Source: Desulfurivibrio alkaliphilus AHT 2
Lineage (GTDB): Bacteria > Desulfobacterota > Desulfobulbia > Desulfobulbales > Desulfurivibrionaceae
DNA length: 32,000 nt
Assembly (NCBI RefSeq): GCF_000092205.1
Contig: NC_014216.1
Coordinates: 1,337,742-1,369,741 of the forward strand
Reading direction: 5' to 3'
Both the position numbers and the translations under genes were made by a program. Below the pieces are notes generated by a model. That model had not been told where the DNA came from and searched no databases. It saw only the letters and a program-made list of their open reading frames with translations. Shown here piece by piece: positions 16,774 through 23,538 of the stretch. Each line of letters opens with the position of its first letter. The first letter of the stretch is position 1.

Positions 16774-17925
16774 ATGAACGTCTTTATCACCGATCTTGCC
16801 ACTTTTCTTCCCGGCCCCCCGATCAGCAACCAGCAGCTTGACGACTACCTGCTTGGCGCCGACCGTATCTCGACCAAAACCAGGAAGATCATTCTACAGA
16901 ACAACGGCATCAGCACCCGCCACTATGCCCTGGAGCCGGGCACCGGCCGGCTTACCCACAGCAACCGGGAGTTGACCGCCGAAGCCGTACGCGCCCTTTG
17001 CGCCCAGGGCAGATGCCGCCTGGACCAGATCGCCTGCCTCTCCTGCGGTACCGCTTCCCCGGACCAGTTGATGCCGGGCCATGCCTCCATGGTCCACGGC
17101 GAGCTGGGGGCAGCGCCGTGCGAGATCAACACCGCCAACGGGATTTGTCTTTCCGGTATCATGGCCATGAAGTACGGCGCCATGGCGGTGGCCCTGGGGC
17201 TGGCGGAAAACGCGGTGGCCACCGGCTCCGACCTCTCTTCCAGCTTTTTGCGCCCCTCGTTTCTAAAGCCGCCGCCGAACCCGGAAGCGGCAACCGGCAC
17301 CCCACGCCATCCGGCCTTCTCTTTTGAGGCCGATTTTCTGCGCTGGATGCTGTCCGACGGCGCCGGGGCGATGCTGCTGGAAAAACAGCCGGCCGGCGAC
17401 GGCATCAGCCTGCGGATTGACTGGCTGGAAATAGTCTCCCAGGCCCACCACCGGGAAACCTGCATGTACGCCGGGGGGGTAAAGGAAGAAGACGGCAGCA
17501 TCAGAGGGTGGCGGCAGTACGACCATATCGAAGAGGCCCTGGCCCAGGGGTCTTTTGCCGTCAAGCAGGACGCCCGGCTGCTCAACCGGGCGGTGATCCA
17601 AGCCCTGATCGAAGAAAGCCTGCCCCCACTGCTGGCCAAACACGATCTGCAACCCGAACAGGTTGACTGGTTTTTACCCCACTATTCTTCGGAATACTTC
17701 CGAATGCCGCTGCATGACCAGCTGGCGGCCATCGACTTCCCGATCCCTTACGAAAAATGGTTTACCAACCTGAAGACCAAAGGGAACACCGGAGCGGCTT
17801 CATTCTATATCATGCTGGCCGAACTGTTTGCATCCGGCCGCTTGCAGCGGGGGGAAAAGATCTTCTGCTTCATCCCCGAAAGCGGCCGCTTTGCGGTGGG
17901 CTACATCTTGCTTACCGTGGTATAA
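16774..17925 (+). CDS. FabH-like beta-ketoacyl-ACP synthase III family protein
   Basis: Thiolase fold with a candidate nucleophile at TANGICLSGIMAM, then LPHYSSEYF and KGNTGAASFYIML (Cys-His-Asn-like pattern). Confidence 0.75.
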   Translation: MNVFITDLATFLPGPPISNQQLDDYLLGADRISTKTRKIILQNNGISTRHYALEPGTGRLTHSNRELTAEAVRALCAQGRCRLDQIACLSCGTASPDQLMPGHASMVHGELGAAPCEINTANGICLSGIMAMKYGAMAVALGLAENAVATGSDLSSSFLRPSFLKPPPNPEAATGTPRHPAFSFEADFLRWMLSDGAGAMLLEKQPAGDGISLRIDWLEIVSQAHHRETCMYAGGVKEEDGSIRGWRQYDHIEEALAQGSFAVKQDARLLNRAVIQALIEESLPPLLAKHDLQPEQVDWFLPHYSSEYFRMPLHDQLAAIDFPIPYEKWFTNLKTKGNTGAASFYIMLAELFASGRLQRGEKIFCFIPESGRFAVGYILLTVV

Positions 17926-17928
17926 GCC

Positions 17929-18079
17929 GTAATCGTTCAGCAGCACCGCACCTTCGGGCGATCAGCCAGGCTTGAGTACCCGGTGTACGCGGCGCCTGGC
18001 TGCTTACCCGAATCTGCGGCACTGCTGAACGATTACGGCCCGTTAGACCGGTAAGTTAGTACCCCTGGTGAACGGTTAC
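17929..18079 (+). mobile_element. MITE copy 5 (151 bp)
   Basis: Flanking 8-mers TATAAGCC (17921-17928, includes the TAA stop of the upstream gene) and TATAAGCT (18080-18087). About 96% identical to copy 4. Confidence 0.9.
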
Positions 18080-18091
18080 TATAAGCTTTGG

Positions 18092-18370
18092 CTACAGGGT
18101 GCGGTGTTGGCGGATGAAGGCGGCCAACGACGTTAGCGAGGCCATGATCCGCTGGCCGCTCTCAACGGATTCAATCCGCACCCCGTAGCGATTCTGCACC
18201 GCCACTACGATCTCCACCGCATCCAGGGAGTCGATCTCAAGGGGCGAGTCCGGCCCGATCAAGGGCTGGTCCATAATTGCCGCCACCTCCAACTCCCTGG
18301 CCGGCAACCGGCAGGTTTCAACAATAAGGGGCAGCAGCTCCTCGGCCAGCGCCCGATCCTGACTTTCCAT
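18092..18370 (-). CDS. Acyl carrier protein-like protein (second ACP)
   Basis: [19 protein letters not shown] gives the DSL phosphopantetheine motif. The track start 18394 is TTG; I prefer the ATG at 18370, preceded by GGAGAGAGG. Confidence 0.75.
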
Positions 18371-18402
18371 AAACCTCTCTCCCAATACAGACAAAATTTG
18401 CC

Positions 18403-18553
18403 GTAAGCGAACAGCCGCACCGCATCTTCGGGCGATCAGCCAGGCTTACGTACAGGGGGTACGCTGCGCCTGGCTGCTTACCCGAACCTACGGCACGGCT
18501 GTTCGCTTACGGCCCGTTAGACCGGCAGATCAGTACCCCTGGTGAACGGTTAC
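18403..18553 (+). mobile_element. MITE copy 6 (151 bp, GTAAGCG subfamily)
   Basis: Perfect 8-bp duplication AATTTGCC at 18395-18402 and 18554-18561. Termini are GTAAGCGAACAGCCG and CTGGTGAACGGTTAC. Confidence 0.9.
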
Positions 18554-18603
18554 AATTTGCCAAATCGCTGCAACAGCCACCCCGGCTTTTACAACGGGCG
18601 GTT

Positions 18604-19908
18604 TCATTCACGGCAAGCAGTCAACCGCCAGGCCACCAGCAGGTTTATCAGGCCGAACAACAGCAGCCAGAACAGCCAGATGGCGGCTCCAGCCAGGCCA
18701 TGCCCCCGGACCAGAAGCTCATGAAAGGCGGTCAGCCCCCAGTTCAGGGGTGACGCCACGGCAAGCTGCTGCATAAATTCGGGCATGGCATGGACCGGCA
18801 CCATGATCCCGCCCAAAGCGGCCGCCAGAACGATGGAGATGGAACCAAACATGGTAACCTGTTCGTAACTGCTGCAGGCACTGCCCAGCATCAAGCCGTA
18901 ACCGCAGGCGGCCAGACTGACCACCAGCACCACCAGGCCGACCTCCCAGAACACCCCGGCGGCGGTGAACGCCGGCAAGCCCAGCAGGGGAAAAAGCCGG
19001 TTGCCGATGAGGTAAATCAAGGCAAACTGGAGCAAACCCACCAGCAAATAGGCCAGCATTTTGCCACCCAAAAGGCTTACCACCGCCAGAGGCATACTGC
19101 GAAAACGCAGCCATACTCCAGAGCGCCGCTCCCAAAACAGGCCGCCGCCCAGCGGCAGCACGGTAAAAAACATGCCGAACAAAGCCCAGGCGGGAACATT
19201 CTGCTGCACCACCCCCGGCCGGCGGCGATCATCGCCGCTTTTCGCCTGCTCCCGGAGCCGGAGCAGCTCTTCCGGCAGGGTTTCAACCCCGAAGGTTTCC
19301 TGCCGCAGAAATTCTCCCGGTATTCCCAGCTGTTCCAGGCGGCTGCGAATGGTCTCTACCAGCAACTCCAACTTCCACTCCAGTTCAACCCGGGCCATGG
19401 CCAGGCGCACCACGGTGGCAAGCTCCTGGCGAAATCCCGGCAGCAGGGCCGGGTCAAAAAAGATTTGCAGTTCCAGCGCGGGGGCAATCCCCTCTTCCTG
19501 CCGGCCGTCATGATCTTCAGCCTCCCGGTCGGAGGCGGCCGCAGCCAGTCGCTGCAAACGGTGCTGCAAATCCGCATCGATTCCCGCCGGCAGGATCAGC
19601 AGGCCGCTGTACTCCCCGGCGGTCACAGCGGCTTGAGCCTCTGCCACCCGCTCCTCCGGCCAGACCACCAGCTCGAGCCCCCGGTGCTCCCGGAGCAAAA
19701 CCTGCAACTCCGGGCCCAGTTCTCCCTGATCCCGGTCAATAAAAATCATGGTGCCGGCCCGCTCACCGGTAAGCTCCATGACATTCTGCTGCACCAGGGT
19801 GATCACCAGCACCAGGGCCGCCGGCAGCAGAAAAAGGCTTAACAGGCCGGCATGATCCCGCAAGAGCAGCAAGAGCTCTTTCCATGTCACCGTCAAGATC
19901 CGGCTCAT
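18604..19908 (-). CDS. ABC-2 type transporter permease
   Basis: An N-terminal TM helix, a ~200-aa extracytoplasmic loop, then 5 hydrophobic helices. It lies immediately downstream of an ABC ATPase. Confidence 0.75.
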   Translation of the reverse strand: MSRILTVTWKELLLLLRDHAGLLSLFLLPAALVLVITLVQQNVMELTGERAGTMIFIDRDQGELGPELQVLLREHRGLELVVWPEERVAEAQAAVTAGEYSGLLILPAGIDADLQHRLQRLAAAASDREAEDHDGRQEEGIAPALELQIFFDPALLPGFRQELATVVRLAMARVELEWKLELLVETIRSRLEQLGIPGEFLRQETFGVETLPEELLRLREQAKSGDDRRRPGVVQQNVPAWALFGMFFTVLPLGGGLFWERRSGVWLRFRSMPLAVVSLLGGKMLAYLLVGLLQFALIYLIGNRLFPLLGLPAFTAAGVFWEVGLVVLVVSLAACGYGLMLGSACSSYEQVTMFGSISIVLAAALGGIMVPVHAMPEFMQQLAVASPLNWGLTAFHELLVRGHGLAGAAIWLFWLLLFGLINLLVAWRLTACRE

Positions 19909-19912
19909 AGCC

Positions 19913-20707
19913 TCAATCCCGCAACTCCTTGCCGGTCAGGGAGAAAAAAAGCTCGCCCAGGCCGGCAAAGCCACCGCTTTGTAACAACTCGGCGGGACTG
20001 CCGCAGACCACTACCCGCCCCTCATCGATGATCGCCACCTGCCGGCACAACTGTTCCGCCTCTTCCAGATAGTGGGTGGCGTAAACAATGGTCACCCCCT
20101 GCCCGGCCAAGGCGGCAAGCTGCTCGTGGATCGACTGCCGGGACTGGGCGTCGATGCCCACCGTGGGCTCATCCAGGCAAAGGATCTGCGGCTCGTGCAA
20201 CAGGCCCACCGCCAGGTTCAGCCGCCGTTTCATGCCGCCGGAATAGGTCGCCACCCGCTGCCCGGCCCGGGTCTCAAGCCCGGCCAGGCGCAGGCCGTGG
20301 GCAACCCGTTGTTGCAGCCGTTGCCCCCGCAGGCCGTACAGGCGGCCGAAGAAAAGCAGGTTTTCCCGACCGCTCAAACGGTCATAAAGGGCCAGATCCT
20401 GGGGCACAAAGCCCAGCCTTTGCTTGGCCGACGGCGAAGCCGGGCCGCCCTCCCACCCCGAAAAGGAGATGGCTCCACCATCCGGTCGGGCCAGCCCGCA
20501 CAACAGGGCCAGGGTGGTGGATTTTCCGGCCCCGTTGGGCCCCAGCAGCCCGAAGATCCCTCCCCGCGGGATACTCAAGGTAAGCTGGTCGACGGCCGGC
20601 CGCCGCTGGCCCGGATATGTTTTCCGCAGCCCCGCAAGCTCAATGGCAAAAGGCGCTGCGGCCGCTGCAACCGCCCGGGGCGTCTGTTCTCCCTGCCCCC
20701 GGCTCAT
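19913..20707 (-). CDS. ABC transporter ATP-binding protein
   Basis: Walker A GLLGPNGAGKSTT, signature YSGGMKRRL, Walker B ILCLDEPTVGID. I prefer the ATG at 20707 (ATGA overlap with the upstream stop) to the track start 20767. Confidence 0.9.
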   Translation of the reverse strand: MSRGQGEQTPRAVAAAAAPFAIELAGLRKTYPGQRRPAVDQLTLSIPRGGIFGLLGPNGAGKSTTLALLCGLARPDGGAISFSGWEGGPASPSAKQRLGFVPQDLALYDRLSGRENLLFFGRLYGLRGQRLQQRVAHGLRLAGLETRAGQRVATYSGGMKRRLNLAVGLLHEPQILCLDEPTVGIDAQSRQSIHEQLAALAGQGVTIVYATHYLEEAEQLCRQVAIIDEGRVVVCGSPAELLQSGGFAGLGELFFSLTGKELRD

Positions 20708-21726
20708 GGCATGGTTCCCAACATAAACCGCAACCGACGAAAGACCTGCTCCTCGAGAGCGGCACATTGCTCCAGGCCGGCGGCCAGGGCCTGATAGTCG
20801 TCACCGGCGCCGGGGCGACCCTTACATATCCGGGCTGCCATCACGGCAAAATCACGCCACCGGTCACCGGCGGCGGTCAATTCCCGCCCAACCGCCGCCA
20901 ATGGTTCGTGGCCCAAGAGTTCACCGGCTTCTCGCAAAAAATCGGCATAAAGAAAACGGAAACCTCCCCCTCCGGTGCCGATCTCCTCCTGCATCCGCAC
21001 CACATGCCCCAAGTGCAGGGCGGCCCGCTGCGGCCCCAAACGCCGGGGCCAGCGTTTTAAGCGGCGGGCCAGAAAACGGATTCCCCGGACCCCGGTCAGG
21101 GGGAAGGGCTGCAGCATGCCCCGCACCGCCACCCTTATTCCAGCCATGATAGCAGGCCGGAAATCGGGCTTTTCCGGGCGGAATTCAAGCCCGTACATCC
21201 TCCCCTTGGGAGCCAGGGCGCCGGCGGCAAAACGGGCCCGCTGCAAATCCTGAGCAGGACAGCTGACAGGGCCGGGAAACACCGGGTCGCTGATCAGGTA
21301 GTCATCACCCCGCTTACCATACACCACCAGGTTGTGACCGTTGAAATGGAACCGGTAGGCTTTGGGAAAATAGGGCAGCCAGAAGACCCCGGTCTGCAAC
21401 CCCACCGGTATCCCCCGGGCCAGCAGGTCGTCCAGGGCTTTCATGGCCCGCTCGGGATTACGGAAGCTCTGCTCCCACACCCGGATGCCCAGGTTGCCGG
21501 CCAGGCGTTTGATAATCCGGCCGCTGGCCACTCGGTAGGTCACCAGCGGCAGACCGTTGAGCCTGATAAACGGGAAGTAGCCGAAGAAAATACCGGCCCC
21601 GACCCCAAAGGCCATGGGCTCGGAAAGGGGTATGCCGCCATGACTTACCAGGTTGGCCGCCACCCCGCTTTCACAGTGCGCCGCCTGCCTATGTTGAAAA
21701 TCAAGCTCCAGATTCACCGGCACCAT
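20704..21726 (-). CDS. BtrH N-terminal-domain / DUF4872-like protein (papain-fold, ACP-dependent acyl/aminoacyl transferase-like)
   Basis: The N-terminus FQHRQAAHCESGVAANLVSHGGIPLSEPMAFGVGAGIFFGYF matches my memory of the BtrH_N block, with a His-Cys-Glu-Ser nucleophile region. Confidence 0.6.
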   Translation of the reverse strand: MVPVNLELDFQHRQAAHCESGVAANLVSHGGIPLSEPMAFGVGAGIFFGYFPFIRLNGLPLVTYRVASGRIIKRLAGNLGIRVWEQSFRNPERAMKALDDLLARGIPVGLQTGVFWLPYFPKAYRFHFNGHNLVVYGKRGDDYLISDPVFPGPVSCPAQDLQRARFAAGALAPKGRMYGLEFRPEKPDFRPAIMAGIRVAVRGMLQPFPLTGVRGIRFLARRLKRWPRRLGPQRAALHLGHVVRMQEEIGTGGGGFRFLYADFLREAGELLGHEPLAAVGRELTAAGDRWRDFAVMAARICKGRPGAGDDYQALAAGLEQCAALEEQVFRRLRFMLGTMP

Positions 21727-21742
21727 TCTCGATCAATTGCTC

Positions 21743-21893
21743 GTATCCGTTCACCAGGGGTACTAAACTGCCGGCCTAACGGGCCGTAAGCGAACAGCCG
21801 TGCCGCAGGTTCGGGTAAGCAGCCAGGCGCAGCGTACCCCCTGTACGTAAGCCTGGCTGATCGCCCGAAGATGCGGTGCGGCTGTTCGCTTAC
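21743..21893 (-). mobile_element. MITE copy 7 (151 bp, GTAAGCG subfamily)
   Basis: Perfect 8-bp duplication AATTGCTC at 21735-21742 and 21894-21901. It differs from copy 6 at 5 of 151 positions and is in the opposite orientation. Confidence 0.9.
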
Positions 21894-22342
21894 AATTGCT
21901 CAGGTGCCGCTGCACCGCCCAAGTTGCACGATTGCTCATAGAGCGCAGCACGCAACACGCCCCGGCGCAAATCATCCTCCGACACCTTAAAAAGCTCGGC
22001 ATAACGGCGCAGCATGGCGGAAGATAAGCGCCGGAAGCCCGCCGCGCGCAGATGCCACCTGACCCGCCAGACGGAAAAACCCATATACTTGCCCAGCAGC
22101 CGAGGGGTCATCTGGTTGACCACCATATAGTAATGGATAGGGCTGACCTTGCCACCCTCTACCAGGCGGCGGGCCTCAGCTACCTCTGCCCCCAGGGCCT
22201 GCCAGGCTTGCTCGTTAACCACATCCACGATGCCGGTATCAGCGCTGCTGATACGGCAACGGCCACCGTTGGCCGCCTTGGCGTACTGCACCAACGGCAA
22301 ACCGCCGGTAACCCCGGAATGATTACTTTTTTCCTGTATCAT
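21890..22342 (-). CDS. Hypothetical protein, possible XRE-like helix-turn-helix protein
   Basis: SPIHYYMVVNQMTPRLLGKYMGFSVWRVRWHLRAAGFRRLSSAMLRRYAELFKVSEDDL resembles an HTH followed by the usual 'A-x-x-F-x-V-S-x-x-D-L' helix. I take the ATG at 22342 (MIQEK). The TAA stop (21892-21890) is supplied by the MITE terminus. Confidence 0.4.
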   Translation of the reverse strand: MIQEKSNHSGVTGGLPLVQYAKAANGGRCRISSADTGIVDVVNEQAWQALGAEVAEARRLVEGGKVSPIHYYMVVNQMTPRLLGKYMGFSVWRVRWHLRAAGFRRLSSAMLRRYAELFKVSEDDLRRGVLRAALYEQSCNLGGAAAPEQL

Positions 22343-22461
22343 AGCAGCCCCAAGATAGCCGAAATCAGTCACCAAAACAAGGGCGCAGGCCCGGCAGCAA
22401 GGCAAAGTCAGTTGCCTGTACACTGAGGGCAGGTTTTGCGGCATCCACCCGGGCACAAATC

Positions 22462-22530
22462 AAAAAAGGCGGATAACCATCCACCTGCCTGGCCAGGCAA
22501 GTGGACCGTCATCCGCCCTTTTATCATTTA
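22462..22530. terminator. Bidirectional rho-independent terminator (two-tier hairpin flanked by an A-run and a T-run)
   Basis: AAAAAAGGCGGAT-aaccat-CCACCTGCCTGG/CCAGGCAAGTGG-accgtc-ATCCGCCCTTTTATCATTT. On the minus strand the stem is followed by TTTTTTGATTTG, so it is well placed to end the AP2-gene transcript. Confidence 0.6.
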
Positions 22531-22562
22531 CGCGGTAAAGTTGTTTAGCGCAGTCCATACGC

Positions 22563-22589
22563 GGGCTGTAAGCAACAGCCCAGTTTTTT
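22563..22589 (+). terminator. Plus-strand intrinsic terminator-like hairpin with T6
   Basis: GGGCTGT-aagca-ACAGCCC-ag-TTTTTT. The T-run is on the + strand only, and there is no annotated + strand gene upstream. Confidence 0.35.
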
Positions 22590-22602
22590 CACCCCTGCCG
22601 CA

Positions 22603-23217
22603 TCAGGCCCGAGCTGCCCTCCGGGAGGCGGTTTTCCCGGCCGCCGATTTGCGCACCGCAGCCCGAGCGGTGGACTTACCGCCTGCCCCTTTGCCGCTGC
22701 CGGCTTTAGCCTTGCCCCTGGCAGTGTTCGGCTTGGCCGCCGCTTTCCTGCCGACAGTCTTACCTCTTCCCCGCAGCGGGGTGGGCTTTTTCAAACCCAG
22801 GCGCTCGGCTTCTTTCTGCTGTCTGATCTGACAGGCCAGCTCAAAAGCCTTCTCCTTGCCGTGCTTGCGAATGGAAACCGAGGTCTTGCCCTGGCGCCCC
22901 TCGGTATTAACCCAACTGACCTCGTAACGATTCAGTTTCTCGTTGTGCCGGACCCCAACCACCCCGCTTTTGGTGTTGCTCACCGTAACGATATGGCGGT
23001 CGGTACGAACCTTGCCCAGGCTGATCTCCGTCTGATCCCGCCAGGCCAGAGCGGACAGCAGGCTGGAATAACGCCCGCCATACTTGCCGTCGGAAAAAAA
23101 CTTGGAGTGGGTTTTGCCCATGAAACGGACCCTTACATACCAGCCGTGGGTCCGCTTGCTTTCCTGGTCAATGCGGGCTACATCTTTGTGTTTTTCAAGC
23201 ATCTTTTTGGCAACCAT
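22603..23217 (-). CDS. Tandem AP2-domain DNA-binding protein with Lys/Ala/Gly/Arg-rich histone H1-like C-terminal tail
   Basis: There are two AP2-like repeats. The first is THGWYVRVRFMGKTHSKFFSDGKYGGRYSSLLSALAWRD. The second is NTKSGVVGVRHNEKLNRYEVSWVNTEGRQGKTSVSIRKHGKEKAFELACQIR. The tail reads GRKAAAKPNTARGKAKAGSGKGAGGKSTARAAVRKSAAGKTASRRAARA. ATG at 23217, preceded by GAGAGG. The upstream 48 codons of the track ORF look non-coding. Confidence 0.7.
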   Translation of the reverse strand: MVAKKMLEKHKDVARIDQESKRTHGWYVRVRFMGKTHSKFFSDGKYGGRYSSLLSALAWRDQTEISLGKVRTDRHIVTVSNTKSGVVGVRHNEKLNRYEVSWVNTEGRQGKTSVSIRKHGKEKAFELACQIRQQKEAERLGLKKPTPLRGRGKTVGRKAAAKPNTARGKAKAGSGKGAGGKSTARAAVRKSAAGKTASRRAARA

Positions 23218-23538
23218 AAATAAACCTCTCACTTGCGATAAATAATCAGCGGGGCAGGCGCGCCCAGTTTGCAATTCCCAGTTGCTTCCAAAAAACCATA
23301 CAACAGGTATCCTCTCAACAGGACACTGCCAAAATGTTGCAAAAATGATACCAAATTTCACAAAATACCCGGCAAAGCATCTAACTGTTTACATTTACAC
23401 TTCTTTTTTTTAATCTCACCTCACCGACAACTGCCTTTCGCTTCATTTGCACCGGCCATTGTCGCACGAAACGCGAAACCGCTGTGCGCCAGGCGCGACA
23501 AATTGTCGCACCTAACCAGTCCTGCCCTGCTGCAAGTC

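Noticed and set aside
14930-18470. The central loop of the MITE foldback appearing 'flipped' between subfamilies (TTGAGTACCCGGTGTACGCGGC versus TTACGTACAGGGGGTACGCTGC).
   Set aside because: The loop is itself quasi-palindromic (GTAC...GTAC). Direct and reverse-complement alignments score about equally (16/22 versus 14/19 by hand), so inversion cannot be distinguished from point divergence.
19913-20767. The longer start (20767) for the ABC ATPase and the longer start (22456) for the HTH-like gene.
   Set aside because: The extensions lack homology-like sequence and overlap upstream genes or regulatory DNA. ATG 20707 gives a canonical ATGA coupling overlap. ATG 22342 removes a Cys/Leu-rich, improbable leader.
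5714-21893. The repeated ~150-bp units as a CRISPR array or as intrinsic terminators.
   Set aside because: The copies are separated by whole genes, occur in both orientations and carry target-site duplications, so they are not a CRISPR array. The long hairpin is followed by GGCCCGTT rather than a U-tract, so they are not classical terminators.
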